Notes: generated from the sequence alone by a model not told the origin. DNA of 58,137 bases from a virus (IMGVR_UViG_3300033145_001588:1-58137); one strand, 5' to 3'. Counted from the first letter of the stretch, positions 18,944-28,162 are shown. Made by a program: numbers and translations.

Positions 18944-19350
18944 CACTTTCTCCATTCCACATAGCTGGTTGACGTTTCCCATAAACGGACAAGTGCAATT
19001 TCACCTTCCTTCCATCCCGCATTACCACATATGTACTCCAATCGCCATAATATCCAATCTACTATATTTTCTGCCGTAGGCATCACCCATGGAAAGTTGA
19101 TCACTTGTAACGTGTTCCCTTGTAACGTGTTCAGAAAGGTATGATCCAGAATATCTATAATCTCACGGGATACTATTTCTTTCAATCGGGAAAAATCCAT
19201 CACCATTCCTGTCTTGTTATTTATATATCCTTCTACCCCAATTTCCAAAAGATACGAATGCCCATGAATGTTCTTGCATTTTCCATTGTACTCCGGTAAA
19301 AAATGGGCAGCCTCGAACTTGAATTGCTTTACTATCATCATCTTCTTCAT
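18943..19350 (-). CDS. queD: 6-carboxytetrahydropterin synthase
   Basis: FEAAH, CKNIHGHSY, DH, PTAEN, VRLWET. Confidence 0.93.
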   Translation of the reverse strand: MKKMMIVKQFKFEAAHFLPEYNGKCKNIHGHSYLLEIGVEGYINNKTGMVMDFSRLKEIVSREIIDILDHTFLNTLQGNTLQVINFPWVMPTAENIVDWILWRLEYICGNAGWKEGEIALVRLWETSTSYVEWRK

Positions 19351-19374
19351 TTCCTTTTCTTCCTCCTTTGTTAT

Positions 19375-19403
19375 ATTATACTGAAAAACCTGATTTCATT
19401 TAA
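19375..19403 (-). promoter_or_regulatory. Phage-specific promoter, copy 5
   Basis: TTAAAT-N17-TATAAT upstream of queD. Confidence 0.8.
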
Positions 19404-19406
19404 GGG

Positions 19407-19521
19407 CATTTTAATTTTTTTAAGCCCCTTCTTTTTCTTTCCCTATATAAATATATACCCTTACCTGAGAAAATTGATTTTAGAACGAAAAACCCCAACT
19501 CAGCCTATGTTTTTTGAGGAA
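19407..19521 (-). repeat. ~120-bp dispersed repeat, copy 2
   Basis: Near-identical to the reverse complement of 43529-43649; homologous to 2066-2185. Confidence 0.9.
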
Positions 19522-19524
19522 GAA

Positions 19525-21042
19525 TCAGTAACTCTCTAACACCGGTTTCCCTATTTGTAATCGCTGAAGTACATGGACAGGTTTACTTGTAAGAAAATCA
19601 TCCTCCCTTACTACGATTTGATTGATTCTCATAATACCAATCTGCTTCTCCTCATCAGTCTGATTCAGACCAAAAAGTGCAGTAACGTGCGCCATCTTCC
19701 TTTTATCTTCGCTGAAATCAGACATAGTAAGCAAATCCTTTCCATAGGCGCTGGCCGCCGCCTGAGTAGCTGTGATTACCAAACAATGTCTTTGTTGAGA
19801 TAATGCGCGAAGTCTCTGCCAAATTATATTCTGTCTATTTCTAAAGTCCAATCCCCGTATATCTGGATCAGAAGTGAGCAAATCTGCATAATCAATTATG
19901 ATTACATCTGGAACAAATTCTTCATTCCGTTCCCATATATCCAATATGGCCTTTATTTCAGATATAGATAATGTTTCATTCGCATACGTGCTCAAGCGAA
20001 AGTGCTTTTTGTATTTCTTTCTCCATTTCCGAGCAGCCTTATACGCCTCTTTCCAAGTCAATGGATTTGTCGCAGGCTTAGGAATAAGCCAGGGAGCGCC
20101 TTCTATATCTTTACAATTTCGGCATATTCTGTATTCCGGATTGTTTTTGAAGGCCATTTGTAAGGATTCGTAGTTTATTTCTTCACCGTGTTCAAAAACT
20201 CCTATCAAGCTTTCTCTCTCTTCTTTATCACATTCATCAAATTGATTACGTTTACAATCAAGCACTGGAATCCATACATCAGTGCAGTATTTCTCCTTGT
20301 GAGGACGCTTTGTCAAATAAATACTCTGCCGCAGTATATATTGATTCTCTGTCATATCCCCAGCCTGAAAAAATGCTACATTACACCCGGAACGGTTCGC
20401 TCTCATGGCTATTTCAATTAGCATCCACGTTTTCCCGATTTTTTCTCTTCCCATGAATGCCACAAAAGCATCTCTGGCCATTTCTTGATTCAAGAATTGC
20501 CCGAGTGCTTTTCCAAATCGGATTAGTGGTTTTTGCCTTTCTGCGAATGCTTCTTTGATTTTGCTGGCGGACGAGAAAGGGTCTATTGAATTTACCTGCC
20601 CTGCCTCCACAGGATGGTAACTGGAAGCGAGTTTCTCTGCTTCTGTAAGTTGCCCGGAAGTAATTTCCCCTTTGACATTCTCCACAAACTGACGTAGGTT
20701 TTGTTCTTGGAAATACTTATGTGTCTGATCCAGAAGGTATTGAAAATTGAATTGCCCCCTTTCATACTCATGACTCAGGTTTCCCAGTATCCCGGAGATG
20801 TCTTCAACACGTTCTTCATCAAGGTTTTTCATCTGGGAGGTGAAGATCCCCTCTATGTCTTTTTTCGGTGAGCATTGATACTGCTTGAAATAATCTAAAC
20901 ACCAGCTGGATAGTAATCGAGCAGTAGTGGATTCAAGAAATCTGGATTCCCATACTTTCGATATTTCTCTGATGTAATCATCGCTGACAATAAGGCCTGT
21001 GATTATTCTTCTCTCAATGAACTTCTCTTGTACCATTTGCAT
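19525..21042 (-). CDS. DnaB-like (SF4) replicative helicase with a Cys-rich insertion
   Basis: GREKIGKT, IIIDYADLL, TATQ. Confidence 0.85.
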   Translation of the reverse strand: MQMVQEKFIERRIITGLIVSDDYIREISKVWESRFLESTTARLLSSWCLDYFKQYQCSPKKDIEGIFTSQMKNLDEERVEDISGILGNLSHEYERGQFNFQYLLDQTHKYFQEQNLRQFVENVKGEITSGQLTEAEKLASSYHPVEAGQVNSIDPFSSASKIKEAFAERQKPLIRFGKALGQFLNQEMARDAFVAFMGREKIGKTWMLIEIAMRANRSGCNVAFFQAGDMTENQYILRQSIYLTKRPHKEKYCTDVWIPVLDCKRNQFDECDKEERESLIGVFEHGEEINYESLQMAFKNNPEYRICRNCKDIEGAPWLIPKPATNPLTWKEAYKAARKWRKKYKKHFRLSTYANETLSISEIKAILDIWERNEEFVPDVIIIDYADLLTSDPDIRGLDFRNRQNIIWQRLRALSQQRHCLVITATQAAASAYGKDLLTMSDFSEDKRKMAHVTALFGLNQTDEEKQIGIMRINQIVVREDDFLTSKPVHVLQRLQIGKPVLESY

Positions 21043-21046
21043 CTAA

Positions 21047-21238
21047 TCATGCCTCCTTGTCAGAATTGATAACAATGGAGGCTCTTTGCCCATTACAATC
21101 TGTAAAATAATCAGCCAAAATATCAGCCTTACCATAAGCCTGTTGGCGATTCATCGCCCATGCCTTTCGCACAAGCTTTTTGTCATAAACTGTAATATCC
21201 CAACCGTTTTGCTCTTTTGTGACTACTACTATTGCCAT
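21047..21238 (-). CDS. Hypothetical protein
   Basis: AAGGAG RBS; fills the gap in the operon. Confidence 0.55.
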   Translation of the reverse strand: MAIVVVTKEQNGWDITVYDKKLVRKAWAMNRQQAYGKADILADYFTDCNGQRASIVINSDKEA

Positions 21239-21251
21239 GATTCACTCCTTT

Positions 21252-22040
21252 CTAAAAGAAAAATCCTTTCTTTTTCTTTTCCGGATGTTCCTCCATGAAT
21301 TTAATAATATTCAATCTCTTGGCTGCTATTTCACAGTAGCGCTCTTCTATTTCTATGCCGATACATTTTCTGCCTATGTTTTGACAGGCCGCCGCCGTAG
21401 TCCCTGAACCCATTGCAAAGTCGAGTACCGTGTCGCCTTCATTTGTGTAAGTCTTGATAAGGTACTCCATGAGGGCTATTGGTTTTTGGGTAGGGTGTGC
21501 CTTGCCTTTTTGTGATGCATTTGAACTTTCAATTATTGTCGTAGGGTATTTGTGCGTATAGGTATAGATTTTGTCTTCTCTTTTTCTATCCCCACCAAAA
21601 GCCTCACCCGTTCCACAATTCTTGGATCGTATTATTTTATTCCGTAAAATCATCTGCGGATTATATTTAACTCTCCCATCAGCAAACACAAGCACATTTT
21701 CATGTATTTTCATTGGTTGATATTTGGCAAGAAATATGTTCCCTGCTTTTTTCTTGTTCCAAATCCACTCATACATAAACATTTCCATATTGCTTGAAAT
21801 TAGAATAGTGGTAAATGGCTGGCTTGCAGTCATTACAATAGCCCTATTCGGTTTTATAAGGCGCTTTAATTCCTTCCACATAGGTTCAAAGGGTATGATG
21901 GAATCCCACGAACACGCAGTCATACCGTAAGGTGGGTCTGCTAAAACCATATCAATGTCATTTTCAAGTTCTGGCATAACTTTAAGACAGTCTCCGTGAT
22001 AAATCACAATTCCATTTCCATCATCATAATATGGTTTCAT
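21252..22040 (-). CDS. DNA methyltransferase, N6-adenine/N4-cytosine (beta class)
   Basis: HGDCL, DPPY, HPTQKP, VLDFAMGSGTT. Confidence 0.92.
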   Translation of the reverse strand: MKPYYDDGNGIVIYHGDCLKVMPELENDIDMVLADPPYGMTACSWDSIIPFEPMWKELKRLIKPNRAIVMTASQPFTTILISSNMEMFMYEWIWNKKKAGNIFLAKYQPMKIHENVLVFADGRVKYNPQMILRNKIIRSKNCGTGEAFGGDRKREDKIYTYTHKYPTTIIESSNASQKGKAHPTQKPIALMEYLIKTYTNEGDTVLDFAMGSGTTAAACQNIGRKCIGIEIEERYCEIAAKRLNIIKFMEEHPEKKKKGFFF

Positions 22041-22663
22041 TCCTCCAACCGCCTGTCTGTATTTTTCATACTGTGAATATAGCACATACCAAAAATCCGT
22101 GATGGTATCCTGTCATCCCCTAACTTCTCCGCCAGTTGATCCAAATTGAAATTACTGGTAAAGATAGTAGATTTGAGATATTCATAGCGATTGTTAATGA
22201 TGATGGATAAAGATTGCAAAGTCCAATCCGAAACTTTCTCTGCTCCTATATCATCCAGGATCAGATATTTCGTTGTACTGTATTTTTCAATAATTTCCAT
22301 CTCAGTGTGTTCTTGATTTGTGAAAGTGTTTCTGAGCTCCCCTAATAAATTACATACGGGAAGAAAATACGTCCATGGTTCATAGATAGTTTCCCCATTC
22401 TCATCTTTTGGAAGTGGAGTCGGGTACAGATAGTCTTCCAGTCTGAGCGCCTCCAAGAGCATAGCCGCCAAAACCGTTTTCCCGGAACCAGCATTTCCAT
22501 GAATATAAACACCTCTTCCTTTCTCCTGCTGTATCTTTACAATCAAGGTATCTATCTCATCAGGTGATTCAAATTTTTCCAAGTCTCTGACTATCCTTGG
22601 TGGAAAAGTTTTTTCTCTAAAACGATCTCTAAATCTTTTTTTCCAATCTTCTGCAGTTTTCAT
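22037..22663 (-). CDS. DnaC/IstB-like helicase loader ATPase
   Basis: GNAGSGKT, LILDDIGAE, IINNRY, TSN, RIPSRI. Confidence 0.88.
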   Translation of the reverse strand: MKTAEDWKKRFRDRFREKTFPPRIVRDLEKFESPDEIDTLIVKIQQEKGRGVYIHGNAGSGKTVLAAMLLEALRLEDYLYPTPLPKDENGETIYEPWTYFLPVCNLLGELRNTFTNQEHTEMEIIEKYSTTKYLILDDIGAEKVSDWTLQSLSIIINNRYEYLKSTIFTSNFNLDQLAEKLGDDRIPSRIFGMCYIHSMKNTDRRLEE

Positions 22664-22665
22664 AG

Positions 22666-23601
22666 TTAAACCTCCTGTCTGTTATTTTCTGCTCTTTGCT
22701 TTCTTCTTGCAAGCGCCTGTGCATATTTATCCTTTGAAGGAATGGAAACACTGCGGGTGCCACTACTGGTTGGATTTTGTTTATTTTTATCATCTTCAAA
22801 GCCGTGCATTTCCTTTGGATCATCTAACCACCGTTGTTGATTTAACCAAGTGGTTGGGTGCGGAATGTATTTTAGATCTTGCCAACGTTCTGTTTTCCTT
22901 TGCTCATGAATAGCCAATCTTATTTGTTTCCAGGTAGGTCTTTCTTTAACGAGCTTATTACATATCTTTTCCCAACATGTTTTGGCTTTGCCTTTATCAA
23001 TCTTTCTGGGGTACGCTTTCCAGAAGAATTCAAATTGGGAAGGGGTAATATTTCCATTGGAAGAATTACTATGGGGAATCCTTTCTTTTTCCTCCTCTGC
23101 ATACGAAGAATAATCTTCTTTAGAATTAGTCTTTTTATATGTTAGTCTTTTTAGTCTTTGGTTTCCCATATTGGGAAAACCCATATGTGGGTTTTCCATA
23201 TGTGGGTTTTCCGGTAGATATAGTTCCCAATCTCTTTCATCTGCCATGGGCAGTATTTCCTCCAAACTAAAATTATAAGGGATATCAGCATACACCCATA
23301 GAGAACCTACCCATTCTTTTGTGTCTTTCTTTCTATATCTGATTCGTGCAAGGTAGCCAAAACTTTCTAATTCTTTCAATCCAGTATCTATTGCACTCAG
23401 ACCCTCCTTCATAATCTTTTGTAGGGATGCTCTGTATGTTTTCCATCCCTCCTTGTTTGAAAGAAGGATACAAAGAATTGCTTTTGCTTTAGCGCTTATT
23501 TCTGGATTTCGCAGTAGCTCATTTGGGATTTGTGTGAATTCTTTTGTAATACTGCAATTAATACAATCTGGTAATTTATCATGGTATGTTGTTCTTTCCA
23601 T
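22666..23601 (-). CDS. Phage replication initiator (N-terminal HTH)
   Basis: FTQIPNELLRNPEISAKAK, FEFFWKAYPRK, YIPHPTTWLNQQRW; upstream of DnaC. Confidence 0.8.
   Translation of the reverse strand: MERTTYHDKLPDCINCSITKEFTQIPNELLRNPEISAKAKAILCILLSNKEGWKTYRASLQKIMKEGLSAIDTGLKELESFGYLARIRYRKKDTKEWVGSLWVYADIPYNFSLEEILPMADERDWELYLPENPHMENPHMGFPNMGNQRLKRLTYKKTNSKEDYSSYAEEEKERIPHSNSSNGNITPSQFEFFWKAYPRKIDKGKAKTCWEKICNKLVKERPTWKQIRLAIHEQRKTERWQDLKYIPHPTTWLNQQRWLDDPKEMHGFEDDKNKQNPTSSGTRSVSIPSKDKYAQALARRKQRAENNRQEV
23161..23213. repeat. Iteron-like repeats inside the initiator gene (candidate origin)
   Basis: CCATATGTGGGTTTT twice in tandem plus an inverted variant (TTTCCCATATTGGGAAA). Confidence 0.6.
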
Positions 23602-23606
23602 CTTAA

Positions 23607-23768
23607 TTATTCCTTCCCTTTTTCCAGATGTTCATGCTCCTTTCGGAATCTATTGATTTCCAGATAGGCAAATTTAGCGTCGTTTGTTTTTACGCCTTCA
23701 ATAACGCCACATTCAGGGCAATACATAATAACAACATTATGCGTCTCATATTCTGTTATTTTTACCAT
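23607..23768 (-). CDS. Small CPxC protein
   Basis: AAGGAG RBS; YCPECG. Confidence 0.5.
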   Translation of the reverse strand: MVKITEYETHNVVIMYCPECGVIEGVKTNDAKFAYLEINRFRKEHEHLEKGKE

Positions 23769-23781
23769 TTTCTTTCTCCTT

Positions 23782-24201
23782 TCATTTTCCCAGGTAAACG
23801 ACCATTCGGGTTTGTTTTCCAAATGTCTTTGCATCTTTCGCCTTCCCCATGTATATATCCACACTTTTTGTGTATCGGGCATTCATCAGATCATTAACCC
23901 GTCTTACCCCTATTCCTTTGATATATACACGTCCGCCTAACCAATGCAACAGATCTTGACTAACTGCACAAGTCCATCCCGCTATTGGTTTCTCCAGAAT
24001 GGTTGTTCGTTTGTTATCTGAATTGCATTCTTTGATGCGATTAGTATATGCCGTGACTTGACATGAAAGGTAGGCAATATTATTTCTGTAGATAATTTTT
24101 TCTGTTACAGATGTTTGTGTTGGGATTTGATTGACCTTGTGAATTGTATAGATTTGGAAAATCAGAATAATTACAAGTGAAATCAAATAGCCTTTTTTCA
24201 T
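23782..24201 (-). CDS. 3D-domain (lytic transglycosylase-like) protein with an N-terminal membrane anchor
   Basis: VTAYT, CAVSQD, RVNDLM, VDIYM, AKTFG; hydrophobic N-terminus. Confidence 0.75.
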   Translation of the reverse strand: MKKGYLISLVIILIFQIYTIHKVNQIPTQTSVTEKIIYRNNIAYLSCQVTAYTNRIKECNSDNKRTTILEKPIAGWTCAVSQDLLHWLGGRVYIKGIGVRRVNDLMNARYTKSVDIYMGKAKDAKTFGKQTRMVVYLGK

Positions 24202-24230
24202 GAGATACCTCCTGTTCAAGTAATTAGGAT

Positions 24231-24293
24231 GTGGCTTGGGAGGAGGAACAGGCTCCTCCCTCTTTTCGATACCGCCCGGCCTGGCAGCGCCAC
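24231..24293 (-). promoter_or_regulatory. Structured 5' leader (three-way junction)
   Basis: GTGGC/GCCAC closing stem; GCTGCC/GGCGGT and GGGAGGAG/CTCCTCCC hairpins. Confidence 0.5.
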
Positions 24294-24301
24294 TTTCAAA
24301 T

Positions 24302-24330
24302 AATATAGAGTATTATTAAGAAAAAGTCAA
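24302..24330 (-). promoter_or_regulatory. Sigma70-type promoter
   Basis: TTGACT-N17-TATATT, the same hexamers as at 29295-29323. Confidence 0.7.
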
Positions 24331-24342
24331 GGAAAATTTTTT

Positions 24343-25248
24343 TCAATAAATTCGTCGGGTTAGCTCTTTCACAAGAATATTTGCATCTTCTTGGCTCAAA
24401 GAAGCGGGATCCCCTATGATGTTTTCTTTCCAGGTTTCTACTCCTCGAAATCGTAATTCCCCCATCAGTTTTTTTGCTTGTTCTTGCGCTTGTGGGTCAT
24501 CATCAAATAGAATAATTACACGAGTGAAGTGCCTTGCGATGTTACGTACCTGGGAAGGGGTGAAACTGATGCCAAACGTGGCAAAGGAGGAGAAACCCAA
24601 ACGCCAGACATCAGTCACTCCTTCTACACAGATTCCGATATCCCCCCATGTCTCTTGTTTACCATATAGAATCGTTTGGTGGGGGGTTAACTCTCTATCT
24701 TGTGGGCATGCCTTGTATCTTATTTCAGATTTACCTGTTATGTCCCTGCCTTGAAAAGAGACAATTTTTCCACCCCATCTGATTGGAATAATGATTCTGT
24801 GCTTGTAATACTTTCTATCTAATAGACTGATTGGGCCTGCTCCCATTAGATTCCAATCACGTTCAAGTTGCTCCGGGTTGAATTTTCTTTGTATCAGATA
24901 GCTTCGGTGAGGTTTTTTCATCTGTTCACAGTTTGAAGGGAATTTGAAGTTCTTTACTCGTGGTTTGATAGAGGTAGGTCGTGGAGAAGAATATCCTCCA
25001 TATTGCCGCATCAGATTCCGTGCTTCTCTTCGAGAAACATGTAGCAAGGCAATCAGGACATCTTCTGTTCTATGTACCCCACAGCGCCAACATGTGCAGA
25101 AGTTCTTTTCTATATTGTACCCCAGATGGTAATTTCTTGATCCAGCACAAAATGGGCAGTGCAAATTTATCCATCCGGGAGTACAATGTTTATTTCCTTC
25201 CGTCATATATTCAATATTATAATCATCTAGTAATTGCGTAAATTTCAT
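24343..25248 (-). CDS. DNA primase (zinc finger plus TOPRIM)
   Basis: CPFC...CWRC, FQGR, VEGVTD, FDDD. Confidence 0.85.
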   Translation of the reverse strand: MKFTQLLDDYNIEYMTEGNKHCTPGWINLHCPFCAGSRNYHLGYNIEKNFCTCWRCGVHRTEDVLIALLHVSRREARNLMRQYGGYSSPRPTSIKPRVKNFKFPSNCEQMKKPHRSYLIQRKFNPEQLERDWNLMGAGPISLLDRKYYKHRIIIPIRWGGKIVSFQGRDITGKSEIRYKACPQDRELTPHQTILYGKQETWGDIGICVEGVTDVWRLGFSSFATFGISFTPSQVRNIARHFTRVIILFDDDPQAQEQAKKLMGELRFRGVETWKENIIGDPASLSQEDANILVKELTRRIY

Positions 25249-25250
25249 GA

Positions 25251-25430
25251 TTATAATAATTCCATGATATAGTCTGGCTCTAATCCGAAATATTCTTCGC
25301 AAATATCATATGGTATTTCCCCTTCCATAAGTCGATCATGCAGATCAGCTCTTACAGCATCTATCAGGGCTTCTGCTTCTTCTGCTGTTACCCGATCTCT
25401 ACGCATTAGTATTTCTTTGATTGTTTCCAT
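25251..25430 (-). CDS. Hypothetical 59-aa protein
   Basis: METIKEILMRRD...FGLEPDYI; GGAGG RBS right after a promoter. Confidence 0.7.
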   Translation of the reverse strand: METIKEILMRRDRVTAEEAEALIDAVRADLHDRLMEGEIPYDICEEYFGLEPDYIMELL

Positions 25431-25443
25431 ATTTCCTCCTTTA

Positions 25444-25935
25444 TCATATTATACTAAATTCTTCCTTTTCATTTAAGGAGGTTTTCATATTTCTTATCCC
25501 ATTCCATATTCTTGGCCAACTCCATTCCATTCTTCTTAATTTTTTGATAAGTTTTCCTCTGGAAGCCTTCGGGTACGCCTCAAGAATCTCTTCTGGTGCT
25601 TTAAAAATGGTTTTGCAGATTAGTTGGAGATCTTGTGGGAGGTCTTGTAGCCATTCTCTAAACAAGTATCGCCCTTCAATATCATCCTGTCCGGGGATAT
25701 TGTCCTCGAAAAATCCTGGAAAATTGATATATGTTTTTTCCTTTGCACAAAAGGTAATGAGATGGTTTGTCATGATTTTTACTGCCCACGTACTCAGTTT
25801 GGCTTTCTCTGGATCATAAGATTGTAGAGCTTCGACGTATGCCAATGCTGCTTCTGAAAACAGCTCGTCGAATTCCTTCCCCGTTGATTTAGCAAAACTC
25901 CATGCTACTTTTCTAATCAAATTCAGATCCTTCAT
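25444..25935 (-). CDS. Sigma-factor-like protein (region 2-like)
   Basis: LIRKVAWSF...FDELFSEAALAYVEALQSYDPEKAKLSTWA resembles sigma70 region 2. Confidence 0.7.
   Translation of the reverse strand: MKDLNLIRKVAWSFAKSTGKEFDELFSEAALAYVEALQSYDPEKAKLSTWAVKIMTNHLITFCAKEKTYINFPGFFEDNIPGQDDIEGRYLFREWLQDLPQDLQLICKTIFKAPEEILEAYPKASRGKLIKKLRRMEWSWPRIWNGIRNMKTSLNEKEEFSII
25448..25476 (-). promoter_or_regulatory. Phage-specific promoter, copy 6
   Basis: TTAAAT-N17-TATAAT embedded in the last codons of the sigma-like gene. Confidence 0.8.
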
Positions 25936-26219
25936 TTCCCCATCCTCCCTGTTTTTTGCTCCCAAAGTTCCATGTGCATACGGATTTTTCCAGTTAGACT
26001 AACAGAATTTGAAATTGTTTTACCCGCCCGGACGGCGCCAGCTTTTCCTACATGATATCGAAGGTCGCTTTTTACAAACAATCTGTAACGGTTTTTGGAA
26101 GGCTTTTCTACGAATTCCAATCCCTCTGTAAGGAATCTAATTACTCGGTCTGTTAGAGTCTTAGGTTTCCCCTTTCTGGGACCTGCTTGAAAAGTTGCAT
26201 ATGCTGTGTTTTTCATCAT
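25932..26219 (-). CDS. Hypothetical basic protein
   Basis: Coupled to neighbours by overlapping start and stop codons. Confidence 0.6.
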   Translation of the reverse strand: MMKNTAYATFQAGPRKGKPKTLTDRVIRFLTEGLEFVEKPSKNRYRLFVKSDLRYHVGKAGAVRAGKTISNSVSLTGKIRMHMELWEQKTGRMGK

Positions 26220-28081
26220 TTTTTCTCCTTGTATTCATTAATTAGTGTTGAGAGCAAACTTTCTTGCTCTGTTTCTTTTCCATCCAATACACTATCCAGA
26301 ACCTTTCTTTTGCTATCCAGCATCCGTGCGATTTTTTCATCAATCGTGTTGGATGCAATCAGATGGTACACATTGACCGCATTTTTCTGTCCTATTCTAT
26401 GACAGCGGTCTTCCGCCTGAGCCAGTTCCCCAGGAGTCCATGGCAGTTCCAAAAATGCTATATTGGAAGCTGCCGTAAGAGTAATGCCAACGCCGGCGGC
26501 TTTAATGTTACCAACAAACAGCCGACAGGTTTCATCATTTTGAAACCTGTCAATGGCATCCTGCCGGGCTTGTCCGGAAACGGAACCATCTACTTTTACT
26601 GCCCTATCTCCAAATTTTTGCATCAATGTATCGATGGTGGTTTTATGTGTGGCAAATACCACCAACTTTCCATCTACATCCAGGAAGTTTTCAATCCATT
26701 CTATAGCTTGTTTCATCTTTCCTTTGATGGCAAGTTGTTTTAGGATTTCTATTTGCGCAAAAGCCTCCGCGTTGGATGCTTTTTCAGCAGCTTCCTTCCC
26801 TCTGTTTTTTCTGACCCATGTAATAAGATTACCTTCTGCGTGGGCATATTCCGAAGGATTATCAATTTCGATTGGGAGTATTGAATGTATTTTATCTGGC
26901 AGATCCTTGAGAACATCTTTTTTGAGCCTCCTCAACATAACAGTATTTACCAGTTTTTCATGCAGCTCTTCCGTATGGGATGCCCCTGAGAAATCCCATC
27001 CAAAACCGTTATGTTTAGCGCCGCAATACCGTTGAGCGTATGCCCAGAAGTTAGGAACAATTGTATCATCTATCAGTTTCAAGGCATTATACATTTCCAC
27101 AGGGCGGTTAACTACAGGGGTTCCGGATAATGCAATTACATGCGTGATCTTCTTTCCAAGCATTTTAACTGCCTTGGTACGCTTGGCAGTGTTTGATTTC
27201 GTATAATGCACCTCGTCTATAATAAGTGTCTGGGCATTGTATTGTTGTAATTTCCCTACCCAGGCAGATAAGATATCATAATTGATTATGATGATATCTC
27301 CAGTGAGATCTTCTTTTGCTTTTGTCCCGGATAACACCTGTGTTTTGGGGTTATCCATCCAGGCATGTGCTTCTCTTTCCCAGTTGAGTTTTAAGGAAGC
27401 GGGGACAACTATTACTGCGGGACGTTTCTCTGGATGCAATTGTAACCATGCCAATGCTTGTACTGTTTTCCCTAATCCCATCTCATCGGCAATCAATGCT
27501 CTTCCATCTTTTGCCTCGATGAATGCAACTCCCTTTTTCTGGAATGGGAAAAGTTTTCCTCCAAGTCCTGGAATTTGAATCTCCTCCACTTGATTTACAT
27601 GGAGTTTCTTCTTTTCCAAGAAGGCGTCTAATTCCTCATCCAAAACAAATCCCCACCATTTCAAGCTTTCCACTGAATCAACTTTCAATGGGCACGTCCA
27701 GAACTTTGGGTACTGGCTGCCGTGAAATTTTCGGCCAGATAATGTCTTGACGTGATCTAAGTCGTCCCTGTTGAAAGGGAAGGTTATTTTTATGAGGGGT
27801 TTTCCTCCGTTTTTTTGTATTAATTCAGCATGTTTTCCTTTTTGAGTAGTAGAAGAATTGAGCATGGGATGTTTTTCTGGGATATGAATTTCCTCTCCCC
27901 ATAGCTCTTCTTCTTCTTCGATACTATACTTGGGAAGCCACCCATCTACTTTATGACCGTATAGATATACGGCCTTATCGGTTTCCTTCAGGGTGGTTGC
28001 AATAAAGGTGATAGGCCAATCCTTATTTGTTGCCATCCTTGAAGTGATAGTGTATCTTTTTACTTTCAGGTTTTGTGACAT
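26216..28081 (-). CDS. SNF2-family (HARP-like) helicase
   Basis: ADEMGLGKT, IIDEVH, LSGTP, QAEDRCHRIGQ. Confidence 0.92.
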   Translation of the reverse strand: MSQNLKVKRYTITSRMATNKDWPITFIATTLKETDKAVYLYGHKVDGWLPKYSIEEEEELWGEEIHIPEKHPMLNSSTTQKGKHAELIQKNGGKPLIKITFPFNRDDLDHVKTLSGRKFHGSQYPKFWTCPLKVDSVESLKWWGFVLDEELDAFLEKKKLHVNQVEEIQIPGLGGKLFPFQKKGVAFIEAKDGRALIADEMGLGKTVQALAWLQLHPEKRPAVIVVPASLKLNWEREAHAWMDNPKTQVLSGTKAKEDLTGDIIIINYDILSAWVGKLQQYNAQTLIIDEVHYTKSNTAKRTKAVKMLGKKITHVIALSGTPVVNRPVEMYNALKLIDDTIVPNFWAYAQRYCGAKHNGFGWDFSGASHTEELHEKLVNTVMLRRLKKDVLKDLPDKIHSILPIEIDNPSEYAHAEGNLITWVRKNRGKEAAEKASNAEAFAQIEILKQLAIKGKMKQAIEWIENFLDVDGKLVVFATHKTTIDTLMQKFGDRAVKVDGSVSGQARQDAIDRFQNDETCRLFVGNIKAAGVGITLTAASNIAFLELPWTPGELAQAEDRCHRIGQKNAVNVYHLIASNTIDEKIARMLDSKRKVLDSVLDGKETEQESLLSTLINEYKEKK

Positions 28082-28162
28082 TTGTCAGCTCCTTTCCTTT
28101 CCCGGTTTATTGACAATCAGGGAAAGTTATTTTATTTTGATTTGATGGAGATCTCATTAAGT

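Noticed and set aside
26264-27750. Several plus-strand ORFs within the SNF2 gene, and similar antisense ORFs throughout
   Set aside because: Shadows of well-supported genes on the opposite strand
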